From the NCBI RefSeq assembly GCF_006345805.1, contig NW_021832144.1, positions 1-61,337 on the forward strand: 61,337 bases of DNA. The letters are read 5' to 3'. Every line of letters begins with the position of its first letter. Within the stretch, counting starts at the first letter, position 1. The translations under genes and the position numbers were made by a program. This DNA is from Octopus sinensis. Taxonomy: Eukaryota. This document shows positions 22,233 through 34,099 of the stretch, in pieces. The notes under the pieces were generated by a model. That model was given only the letters and a program-made list of their open reading frames with translations. It was not told the origin of the DNA and did no database searches.

Positions 22233-24147
22233 CAGTCTTCCCTCTATTGCTCGCCATTTTTGGGACCAAGCCAAAATTGCGCTACTAAGAAATTTGGCGA
22301 GTAAGAGAAATAATCAATATCCTATTTTCTATTAAAAAAATTTCTATAATTTTTAACTATCTAAACATTTAAATAAATAGCCGAAACATTTATTTAAAAA
22401 ACCAAAATTTTAAGTAAAGTAATCATTTATAGTTTTTTTGTATGATCTTTTCTCTATATTTTTTTGCATTTTTAATAAACTTTCTAGCATATTCACATCA
22501 AAATTATCGTCATGTGAAAAATATTTTTTGAGGTCCGAAATACATTTTATCGCATCTCGATGTGTAATACAGTTTTTTCTTTCACAATCTTCAGTAATTG
22601 AACTGTCTAAAATTGCATTTTCATCGTTATTTTCATAGTTATTGTTTTGAACAAATTCATGAAGTTCGTCATTTTCAGAGTACGTAAAGTCTATAAACTC
22701 CTCCTCTTTTATGGGATCTGTGATCATTAATTTTTCTATAATTTGTTCGAAATTTTTTATTTTATGGTCTCCCATAATAGGTTCTTCAATTCTGTTTTCC
22801 CATTTGGCGTGCTGAAAACATTTTGATATTGTATCCACTGACACATCTTTCCAGGCTAGATAAGAAAATAAGACTGCATCTTTCAGGGTTAATTTTTTAT
22901 AGCATTCAATAGTTGCGTCACCGTAGTTTATTTGTTCAATTATATGTTAAATTTAAATTTGTTGAAATGAGATTTGAATGATCAAATGATTCCTTGATCC
23001 ACAGTAGTCGTGTTTTTTGGTAAATATAAAACTTCTATCATACTTAATTCGATTGTTGTTCTATGCGAAGGACAATGGTCTACAACCAAAAGTATCTTTT
23101 TTTGTTTTTGTTTGAGAGTCTTGTTCCAATTATACAACCATTCGTTAAATATTTCCATGTTCATCCAAGCCTTTGAAGAATTCCGGTATTGTAAATATTC
23201 ATCAACGTTCAAGTTTTTAAAACACCTTGGTTTCTTAAACTGCCCGATCATCAAAGGGGTTCTTTTATCGGATCCAGTCATATTTGCGCAAAGCATTAAT
23301 GAAAATCTGAAAATTGGCTAAAAATGTTAAACCTATCTTTAAGTAATTTTTGTCCTGATCGGCGTTTCCTGCAGACACTTTTTGATGGAATGGTCTTGTA
23401 AAATACGCCGGTTTCGTCGGCATTATAAACATTTTCTGAACCATATTCATTTATTTTAGAAGAGATAATTTTTTTAAAGTCTTCGATTTGGTCTTTGAAC
23501 TCATCCACAGTATATCCCAATTCACCATGAAAAATTCTTAGTTTTACATTGTGCCTTTTTTGAACTTTTCAAGCCATCCTATACTGGCTTTAAATTCGAA
23601 GAGACCGTTTAACGCAGCAATTTCAGTTGCTTTCGACAAAATTATCTCATCATTGAGGCAAACTCCAATAGATTCCATGTAATCTATCCAGGCAATGATT
23701 TCAGAATCAATTGCTGAATATCTAAGTTTCGAAAAACGAGAACTTCTCCCATAAATTGGATTAATTCCAAGAATCTTCTGTTTGTTCAATTTAAGATCGT
23801 TAATTGCATGTCTCGAAATTGATTTTTTGAAACGCGACGAAAAAATTTCTCTAAGGCGTGCCTTAGACTTAGAGAAGAATTATCAATAAGATAATTTATA
23901 ATTTCTCTTTTTTGATCATAAGATAATCTTGAGCACTTCCTCATGTTACAAAAAAACACGCGGTATAAATATTTGAAAAAATTATTTTTTTAATAATAAA
24001 TTTTAATTTTTTAATACTAGAACGTGGCGAGTGAGAGAATTTGGCGAGCAATGGAATTTCCTTAGTAAAAATGGCATTTTTTCCAAAAAAGTGGCGAGTT
24101 ATAGAAATGGCGAGCAATAGAATTGGCGAGCAATAGAGGGTAAACTG
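22233..24147 (-). mobile_element. Tigger/pogo transposon, inverted duplicate
   Basis: Reverse complement of 11570-13483 with the same TIRs and TA flanks; a few substitutions and indels. Confidence 0.92.
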
Positions 24148-24429
24148 TAGTCTTTTTAGATTTTTCAAAATTATTTTTATTTGAACTCTGTACAAAACGT
24201 CCTGATTCCCCGTTAAATTTACCGGTTGATTCTGATTTTTCTCCTTTTAGATCATCGTGTCAGACTGAAACAATAAGAAAAATGTCCTGATTACGGTCCC
24301 CGTCATAATAATATCTCAAAGGCTCGTGAGGGTCATCACCGAAGTAGGGGTTGGATCATATATAATTTTGCGGTTTATTCTATTTGCTTTAAAAGTGACT
24401 TTTTAAAACAAACATTCTGTCAATGAAAT

Positions 24430-24981
24430 GAAAAAAATTAGGTACGGGAATTTTGGCATTTTCACGTAAAAATATTCGTCTGGAAATAGTTGTTCTAACT
24501 CGTCTATTAATTTCAATAAGAAAGTGGTGGATTTATTTATTCGATAGTTCATAATTCCGTTGGATAATACTATGTCAGGTATTTTTTGCGCAACGGAAAT
24601 AGATCATCTGTTATATTAGTGAGACTTTTACCAAACAAATTAAACTGAGGGATGACCTAATCCCCCTTAAGGCCGCATATTGAACAATCTCCTTGATATC
24701 GTCTGGCGTATAAACCAATTCCTTGCTATAGGCTCCCTTATGAATTAATCCACCAAATATATACTTTGCTCATGTTTGGGTGCACTGTGCTCTTGTAGGG
24801 GACTGAGTCGGGTGTTCAAGACAATATCTTCATAACGAGAACTGGCAGATTGCAGGATTAAACAGCCCTGATTATAGTTCAGTTTGAAGTTAAAGTTGGC
24901 ACAATCCAGTTGGAAAGTTTTCTGATAGTCAATTACACTCGTTGTCAGAATTAGACAAGTGAAACATAAAATGAAATCCAT
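24430..24981 (-). pseudogene. Beta-hexosaminidase fragment, inverted duplicate
   Basis: Reverse complement of 10738-11290. Confidence 0.75.
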
Positions 24982-25022
24982 ATAGTCATTCGACGCGAAA
25001 ACTTATTAATAAATTTGAATAA

Positions 25023-26072
25023 AACATCCCTGCCTGTGCGCTGGGGTGGCCTTGGCTTGAGATCCTATTCCGATCTTGCCCTCCCGGCATTCCTATCCGC
25101 TCATCACGCTTCTCGTACTCTCTCAGACATCGTTCTTAGAAACCTCCCCGAACGGAAATTGTCTGAAGTTTACTCTGCAGCCCGTGGTCGGTGGGAGGCT
25201 CGGTTGGTTCGAAGCTGCCCAACTCTCAATCTGTACAGCGCCAATGGGACGAAATCTCTTGTCAGGCAATCTTCGAAGGCCTGCTTCCTGTCTCCAATCA
25301 ACACCGTGTCGCTTGCCTCCGTGCAGGTCGCTGTGAAAGCAGCGGTGTCTGGTTAAAGGCTCTCCCTCTCCCTTCCATCGGGAACCTGTTGGACAAGGAA
25401 TGCCTAAGAATTGCAATCTCCCTCCGTGTCGGGCTGAAAATCTGCCAGTCGCACAAATGCCGTTGTGGGGAACTGTTGACGAGTACGGTTTGCATCCCCT
25501 CGCTTGCCGGCGGAGTGCCGGTCGTGCCCCCCGTCACAGTGAACTCAACTCAGTCGTACAGAGAGCCCTCGCCTCAGCAGGCATCCCGTCTATCCTTGAA
25601 CCTGTTGGATTGGATAGAGGGGATGGCAAACGCCCTGACGGCATGTCCACCTTCCCCTACGAGCAGGGGAAATCCCTTATTTGGGATTCTACCTGCTCGG
25701 ACACGTTCTCGCTGGGAAATCTCGCGCTGTCCGCCGCCAATCCTGGGCACGCTTCCAGGCAGGCCGAGGAGCGAAAGATTCTCAAGTACGGCCACCTGTC
25801 CAACTCGCTGCTCTTTACTCCAATTGCCTTGGAGTCCTCCGGGATCTTCGGTCCCAAGACACTCCGCTTCCTTCGCTCGCTCGGTCGACGGATTTCAAGG
25901 ACTAGTCACGATCCAAGAGAGTTTTCTTGGCTCCTGGAACGTCTGTCGATTGCTGTGATCCGAGGGGAACGTCTTCGCCATTCGCGCGGCTGGTCGGGTG
26001 TCTCGTGAGGCCTTTAACTAACTTAGCTATCTGTAATTTTTGTCTTGTTTGTATAAATTAAATTTATGTGAC

Positions 26073-26098
<26 letters not shown>
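25023..26098 (+). mobile_element. 5'-truncated CRE-like REL non-LTR retrotransposon with poly(A) tail
   Basis: LPVRWGGLGLR, WLKALP...LRIAISLRVG, CxC..H.L.C finger, RHSELN, KRPDG, WDSTC, FTPIALES, RLSIAVIRG; 26-A tail at 26073-26098; about 12-bp TSD AAATTTGAATAA (25011-25022, 26096-26107); GC-rich. Confidence 0.9.
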
Positions 26099-26103
<5 letters not shown>

Positions 26104-26631
26104 ATAATATTATTGGAAATTGTCACAATTGAAAATTTGACAATTAAATAGGTAAGTGTCAAGAAAAGAAAAACGTACAATGCAAACCAGGCAGTAGGAA
26201 AAAATGGCTCAAACTTGTCACTCCGTCAGTTTAAAGCAATCTTTATTCAGTTGTACAAAAAACGAAATAGGAGACTTGTGTGTTCAATTAGAAAGAGACT
26301 AATAGCGTTGAGACTATAAAAGCCCATTGTGGAAAATCAAATCAGAGAAGAACTTAGCCATTGAGGAGGCTTCCAATTTTCCCGGAAAAGGCGTTCTGCG
26401 TCCATCAATGTTGCATAAGGATCTCTTGATTTGTGAGAAATAACATCGTTATTAGGAGGAGTATTCTCAGATGTCACTTTGAGAAATTGTGAAACGGGCT
26501 GCTTAATATTGCACAGTCTACACAGTGATCGACCCCTCTTCCCCACATGGAGGGTTGTTGTGTGAGTTCGTTAGACGTATTGTGTGGATAAATCAATAGT
26601 CATTTAAATGACATGACTTGTACACACACAA

Positions 26632-27839
26632 ATGACCTCTAATGACAAATACCAACAATTCAAGTCTCGGAATCTCTGGTCCGAGAATGTAAAGAAAGAA
26701 TTCATTTTTGGACAGAGAATTGGACTGTACAAGTTCATTAAGAATATTGGAAAGGGAAACTTTTCGAAAGTGAAACTGGCACAGCACGCGCTCACCAACA
26801 GTAAGTCCCCCGACAACACGTAGGCCCCGTGGCCGTGAAAATAATATTAAAACGAAAACAAAAAGAGGAAGAATTGGAGTTTTTGAGGAAGGAAATCCAG
26901 ATTTTGGAGGACCTGAGTCACCCGAACATTTTGAGTCTATTTGAAGTAACGTGAGTGCTCTCCGTAGGTAATCGAGACGACGGATAAACTGCACATGATA
27001 ATGGAATATGCCCCGAACGGAGACCTGGACGGACTAATCAGGAGGTCGGGGGGTTTGGGGGAGGGTGGATGTTTGGCCTACTTCCGACAAGTAGTGGGCG
27101 CAGTGGAGTATGTGGTGAGGACTGTGAAGTAAAATGGCAGCACTCTCGGGAGTATGCTCACAGAGACATCAAAGCAGAAAATATACTTTTCGGAGACAAT
27201 GTCCTCAAACTGGCCGACTTTGGGTTTGCCACTAAATACAGCTCGGACTGTCTCCTCACTGTCCCCTGCGGCACTCTCGCTTATTCCGCCCCCGAGTTGG
27301 TCATGAAACTACCATATGACGGATTCAAAGTTGATGTGTGGGCGTTGGGAGTGCTCCTCTACTATATGATTAGTGGGACCTTCATCTTCCCCGAGGACAC
27401 TGCAATTGTCAGAGCGGCCTCCCTACACATTCATTCCAAAATCTCTGACACGTGCAAACAAGTCCTCTCCGCACTCCTTCAACCCGACCCACACACCAGA
27501 CCGGAGGTCGATCGAATATGCCAGTTTGAGTGGATAGAATGGCAGACTCCTCGCCATTCCCATCAGAAAAAGTTACTTTATCCTGCCTTCGACCGTCCTT
27601 CAGTCACAGAGACAGAACTCCGGGCCAAAGACATGCTCAACGACCTGGGAATTGACAATGAGGTCATTTTTAGGAATAAAATGAACACTCGCGGATCGGT
27701 CGCAGGCACTTTCCGCATTTTGCTTCACAATTTAAAGAATAGGCCCAACAGGAAACCGTCCATCAAATTTATTTCCTCTAAAAAATTTAATTTCCGAAAA
27801 CCTTCTAAAAACCGATCTCGTTTTTGCAGCATTATATAA
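26632..27839 (+). CDS. NIM1K: NIM1K-like kinase, copy 2, intact 378 aa after splicing
   Basis: Exons 26632-26800, 26824-26945, 26968-27114 and 27141-27839 join in frame (1137 nt); kinase motifs G-loop, VAVK, HRD, DFG and APE present. Confidence 0.82.
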
Positions 27840-27887
27840 TATAATTTTATTTGCAATACATTCTTGATTTTAATAGAGGAAAATGTC

Positions 27888-28129
27888 TTAATGTCCTTGT
27901 GTTGATCGCGATCTCTGTCGGTCATTGGAGTCGACGACATAGATGAGTCCCTTAAGTGACGCACGTAGACTACCTGGGACCCCTCGTAGAAATGACTCCA
28001 CAGACTGCAGATGTTGACCTGTCCACCAATGTCGAGGACAGTGAAGGTGATGTTCTTGTAATCCACAGTCTCCACGTTGAAGCTTGCCTACCGGAATCAC
28101 TGTGCAAATAGAGGATGTACCGACCAAGA
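27888..28129 (-). pseudogene. ARF-family fragment, duplicate
   Basis: Copy of 15589-15830. Confidence 0.7.
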
Positions 28130-28841
28130 AGAAAATTAATTAATTAATACTTACTTTAAGTTCTTATTCAAAGTTCGTTGATAACAGTCGAATTGTGAAG
28201 TCCATCAGCACTTTTTGGTTATCTCTATCTAAGTAATTTTTTAGCTTTATCATAAAATTCAGTTGAATTAGAAATTGAAATTCGATCACTATTTTTAGTA
28301 TACTAAGTTGTTATCTATTGGATGAAAAACTCTTTTAAATCGTTAAAAGGAATAAATATATGTAAGTTTATTTCATGTAAGCCAAAATACAAAATTTTAG
28401 AACACTAACTTATTTCAAAAAGTCAAATAATTAATGACAGTCTATAGCCAAAGAATTTAGCGATCGAGAGTCTCTAAATGAGAAGCCGTAGGTATTTAAA
28501 TAATGATGTTAGTTCTAATGTAATTCTAGAATGATATGACATTTAACAATTTATCCTATAAAAACAATAAGATATTACGTTAGATGTTTAAGTGAAGATG
28601 GGGTAGCTCACAAAAATCACTGGAATGTAAGTATTACTTTAAAATAGCGTTCTTGTCCGATTTCATTCAATCACTTCAATAAATCATTTTGTATAACCAA
28701 TATTTATAGCTCTTACATAAAAATAAAAACAATGGTGTAAAAAATTAAATACTACAATGTAAATTTTACAATGTAAATTGAGAACCTAAACGTTAACACT
28801 ATAGAAAAAACACTTTAAATTTTTTAATAATAATCTTGTAT

Positions 28842-30151
28842 CTAAATACTCGTTTTATTAAAATGTTCGATATAATTTCTAAGCAGAGAAATGGGAGAAT
28901 TTAGATTAAGCACATTCACTAATTCAGCCAATTTATCGGAACGAGTGAAAAACGTTGTAGCCAAAAATCGAATGAGATATTCGGTGGTCGGTAATCCTGT
29001 TTTGTGGCTGGTTGTAAGTACGAATTTTTTGAGAACGTTCCCGATTAGCCAAATGAGCACTTCTCTGCCCCTCCATCACTTCATTCATCTTCCTTTCCTC
29101 AATATTTTCAATTCTGTCATTCATCATCATTCAAATACCGTTTTCGTAAATTAGACATTGCCCTCTTCAAATTTGCAGGCAAGGACCTCTCTTCTTGGTT
29201 ATCTACTCCAATCCCAGTCTGCTTATGGACTATGCGGACTGCTGTGTTAGATTTGTTAACATGTTGGCCTCCGCGTCCCGAGGCACGGAAGGTCTGGATT
29301 TCGACATCTTTCTCAGTCAAAGTCACATCCACCTTTAGTAATGATCACTTGCAGAACCTGAGAAAACATTGGACGTACACAAACTGCTACTGTGCTTGTA
29401 TGGACACGACCACTTCGTTCAGTCAGTGGTACACGCTGAACTCTGAACTCCTCCTTCATGGCCAAAGAGACCATATACACCACCTCCACTTATTTGGGCT
29501 TCATTTTGACTAACACAATTGTATGACAGGTTGTTATCCTCCGCCAATCGACGGTACAAGGATAGCAGTTCTCTACTGAATATGTTTGACTCGGACCCTC
29601 CTACTCCATCCACCACTTCGATAATTACCGAGGTATCATCGTGCATTATTTTCTGACATGAAACTTGAATTAACTAATTGAAAATAGATCGGAAATTAAT
29701 TTTTATTACTAATAAAATAATTTATATTTTATATATAAAAGATTAAATTGAAGCATAAAAATAATAGACTATATTTTTAGAGTTACTTTATTTTTTCCTT
29801 CTTCTATCCGCTCAAAGTTGGAGGACATTTCATTTTCTGCTAACTCGCTAATATCGTCGCCTGTTTCTAAGACTGAAAAATAGTATACTATACTTATGAC
29901 TTTTGTTAACTCTTCTCTGTATTCCAATAGTTTCACTAAATTACATATTTCATTGTATATTTCATCAAATTGGAGAATTTCATTCTCATATTGAGTTTGG
30001 CGTCTTCCGAATTTGATATATTTGTTATACACGTCGGTGAAATAATTATTCATTAGAGTATCTTCAGGAATAGAATGGGGAGAGCATTAGGAGATACTCC
30101 CACACTTCTATAAGTAAATGTGCGGGATAATATCAGCCTAACATTCCTCAT
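28842..30151 (-). CDS. MTRF1L: Mitochondrial peptide chain release factor 1-like (RF1 type), multi-exon, one apparent frameshift
   Basis: FRASGRGGQHVNKSNTAVRI (GGQ), RVQRVPLTE (PxT), RVHTST, RSQKIRTYN.PQNRITDHRI; Arg-rich N-terminus MRNVRLILSRTFTYR resembles a targeting peptide. Confidence 0.82.
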
Positions 30152-30639
30152 ATTGATATGACACACTAAAACAAATTTATTATAAATTAATGGTTCAATA
30201 AAATAGTATGTTTTATTTATTTTTAACTAATTCAAGATGATTAATTAATCAACTTGCTATTCTTTGAGTTTAATTTTTCTTTAGAGAAAGAAATGACCAC
30301 CGCCTCTCTTTTATCTTTACTTTACATATCAATGACGCCTCTTGTTCTTCACTTATCATACTGTCTTCATAAAAATAATTTTCTTAAATTATGAGGATAC
30401 TGCCTGAATTTCTCTTCTCTTTAGTTATTTTGATTCCATGTTCGTGTTCGGTAATCATTTTTTCCACTCGACTGATAGTCAATAGGTCCGAGCTTTTTTG
30501 TAGAAATGGAGGGATTATTCAGTTATAAAGCAAGTGCAGATTTTTGTATTTTTTGGTTTAATTTGAAGGCTGGCTGGAAAAATTTTAATGACATGATCAA
30601 AAATTAAGAAAATTGCAAACCGAAGGAAAAATTTATTAA

Positions 30640-31100
30640 TGATTTTTTTTGATCAAAGATAAAATCTTAAAATATGAAATTAAAAATGTACACAACGCTG
30701 ATGAAACATAAAAAATTCCTTCACAAAGTGTTGCACAAAGCCAAAAAATGGTTTCAAAATTTTAAAAGACAGGTTTTTAATTATGCTATGCACTAATGCA
30801 AACGGATCTGACAAACAATCCTATTAATGATATGGAAATACAAGAAACCCAGATGTTTCAAAGGAAATAATATTGAAATCTATCTCACATATACAAATTC
30901 AAACAGAGCATGGATGAATACAAAAATTTTTTAATCAATTAAATGAGAACTCAAATTAAATAAGAAAAATATCCATTTTGTTGGTTATTGTTCGTTTCCC
31001 GTTACATAAAATAGCATTAACTCTGAAGAGAATTGAAGTTTTATTTTTTTACCCGCAAGATCAACTTCACTTTTGCGGCCACTAGACAGGGGAGTCATTA
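30640..31100 (+). mobile_element. Old Tigger/pogo transposase relic
   Basis: NVHNADET, DRFLIMLCTNANGSDK, KYKKPRCFKG and PARSTSLLRPLDRGVI match the Tigger DDE core; no TIRs found. Confidence 0.75.
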
Positions 31101-31304
31101 TACTTGTTAAAGGAAATTTTAACAAATTCAATTACATTATTAACAAAATTGAAATTGGCCTAGACTCTTTTAATGCATAAAGTCTGTTACATTAATGAAT
31201 TCAATATTTTTCACTCATTTTTCATAAAAATGTAGAACCAAAACAATTTAAAATTGTTTCAAGTAAGCATGCAAAAAATGAGGAAAAATCGTAAAACACA
31301 AATA

Positions 31305-31490
31305 GGCGTTCTTTAGACATGTCGCCCATGCTGAGCAAAATTACTGGGAAGAGAAGTCTCGGCCGACAGATAACTCGATAGCTAGTCACGGGATTGCCTT
31401 TATCAATACTTCTCGAAATCGCGAATGACCGAGATAAGTGGAGAAAATTAGCTTATGGGATCTCCAACGGTCGGACACGACATAATTAGA
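31305..31490 (+). mobile_element. RTE-clade LINE extreme 3' fragment
   Basis: FFRHVAH...LSILLEIANDRDKWRKLAYGISNGRTRHN-stop resembles the RTE/BovB C-terminus (..DR..WR..V.GV..SRTRL). Confidence 0.6.
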
Positions 31491-34099
31491 TAACCAAACC
31501 TAGTCTAAACAAAAATTACAAATTAACGACCCATTGACTGAGCGGGATTTTATTGAATACGGCTAAAGTGAAAATACGAATTAATTGAAATGTTTCAAGA
31601 TGATACAATTTCGAAAGTTTCTCGCGATGATAGGATTGATGACAAATGTAATTGAGACCGACAAAAATGAAAATATGGATATTGTAAATTATTTTCGCGC
31701 ATTGGACTATTTTAAACTGAATTTGATAAACATGGAAACTTTAAACATGTTAGAATAAATTTGTAAAAACTAAGAAAATTTAGATTAAAAAGTAAAATTA
31801 CTGATTTTTTCAAATAAACAATTTTTCATGCGTTCATAAGGAAATAATTAAAAAATCGATAAGCCCCTCCGAATTCGCCACATTTCAGGCAGTAATCAAA
31901 AATGGCGGATTCAAGAGGGTTTATTGTATTAACAGAAATTGAAGTAAAGAAGAGAATCGAGAAATGTCCAGTTTTAAGTCGAACCAGATGCCAAAAGTAG
32001 TCAGGAATCTGACAATTCCAGGTTTTCGGAGAAGAACAGAGTTGGGAAAATCGCGAAATAGCAATCCCCATCTGAAAGACGGAAAAGTCTAGTCTTTACA
32101 AGACCGGATACTCTTTGAATCTGCAAGGTGTAAGAAATTACTTCATTGATTCTAGGCAGGGATTCGGAGGAAACAAAACAAAGTAAGTTTCAAAATAAAA
32201 GACAATTTTTTTAATAAAAAGAGGCCCAAACGAGTACCCAGAAACAAGATCTTATTGAGCATGCAATCAAGCAATTCGACTGAAAACCAAATACTGTTAG
32301 ATCTTAAATATTTGTATCTGAAAAATCTTTGATGGTCCTGTAAATAGCAGAAAATGATCTATTGAAATTTGGAATGCCTTCAGCAATCCTGATTACCTCA
32401 AACTAATTCCTGTTGAGGAATAGACCCATCATCAAATAACAGGAAATGACCTAGACGACGTCACTCAAAACCTTATGGCCCCTCAAGGATGGCGTGTCAA
32501 GTACCAAAAATTGATTTCCAATTTAGACCAAATAATACTATCTCCAAATAAAAAATAACTCGGGCAGAGTGGGCAACGTGGGAATTGGGATATAAAGAGA
32601 AGAAATTAGTGTAAACATCTTCAAGAAGATGATCATGGCGGACTGATTTAAACGTATTTGAGACATCAAGTTTTAAGAGAAAAAGAATTTTGTTTCGAAG
32701 AAAAATGTGACGGATGCCACGAGCGGCAGGTTCAAAAGCTTAATTAATAAAGCCCGCAGCTGAGAGGGTAGCAAAAATTTGGTGGCAGAAAAGACAATTT
32801 TTTAACCTCTGGTGTTGACAGAAAGTCTTCTCAAACGTTGCTATATGGCGAATATCACCGTCCGACTTGTTCAGAGCAATAAAATTAGCCTAAAACAGTA
32901 ATAACCTAGCTGTCTCAGAAATATTCCCGAAACAATTGTTTGGCAAAGGTTGGCTATGAGCACCAAAAGTCTATTACCGGCCTCAACCAAAAAAAGTGAA
33001 ATAAGAGTAAGAATTACAGACATTAGAAAATTTTACAGAAAACAATGAACCAAAAAAGACAAACCATCTTGCAGATATAATTGACTGAACTGAATATTTT
33101 TTACAATTTTTTTACTATGCCGATTCCATATTTCATAAAAAGATTAAGGAAATGCACCTCATCAGTGAGTTAGATCTTCTGAAATACTCGCTTTTATGCA
33201 TTGCTTCATTATAATAAAATGAATAAATTAATTCGTTAAATCCCAACCTAAATATATTTTATGAATTTTTCATACAAATCTTTAAAATTAATTAAGTTGA
33301 AATAATTAAATATATTTTAAATAAAAATATACAAACTAATATAGATGAACAGACCCGCTATACTTCATGGTGAACATCATCTCGAAATAAAAAAAGAGCG
33401 TATATATACTTTGGTTATTTTAAAAGGTGTCAGTTACATCTCTTCACTCAATGGACGCTTACCTAAGCCCGATGTATGCTCATATGTAATATAAATAGGC
33501 TTGTCTTACTACCTTACTTGGCTCTGTCCCAAACAGCAGCCTTCCACAAACATTTCTCTCTGACGATTGGGGACATAAATTTGTAAATTCTCGTTGTGCT
33601 GAGACGTTTGATGTAAATTCAGCCAAACACGACTTCAAACTTGTCAAAGATGTACATTCTACACATCCACTTTAGAAATATACATATATGAGCCACGGAA
33701 TGCAGATTAGTACTCCTTTGAGTAATATATGCTGTAATATGTAGACCAAATGAACTATTTGAAGGAAGTCCCACAAGTCCCCAAATATATACATTTTAGA
33801 TATTTTTCGAAAATGACTTTGAACTATGCCGAGAGTCAATTTTCCGTGAAATATTCCCATCGAATCTATTTCACTCAGAGGGAGAACTGACCTCCGAATT
33901 CCTAAAAATGCACGAGCTAGTATCGTGTCTATGACCAGTCCAGATGACCACACATGCCGACGCTATCGAACAACAAATTTCCCTCAACGTAGGACAACGT
34001 TCTGGAAAGTTTTTCCACGCGGTTCTCACCCACGACGAGATACACGACAATATTTCTCAAATTCAGTCCTCAATTAGCAAACTTAGGTCGGGTACTAAT

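Larger units (their letters stand above)
18842..28447 (+). repeat. Second, rearranged copy of the segmental duplication of 2272-16148
   Basis: 18842-20783 matches 2272-4182; 20784-21168 matches about 7772-8158; 21235-25022 is the reverse complement of about 14479-10697; 26105-28447 matches 13807-16148. Confidence 0.92.

Noticed and set aside
30270-30560. Minus-strand exon-like frames (KKLGPIDYQSSGKM...ERRWSFLSLKKN)
   Set aside because: No start, homology or complete model could be supported.
31800-34050. Slightly GC-richer tract that may be a decayed LINE (GRVGN-like APE hint near 32570)
   Set aside because: Too degenerate; no consistent motif series, ends or TSD could be established.
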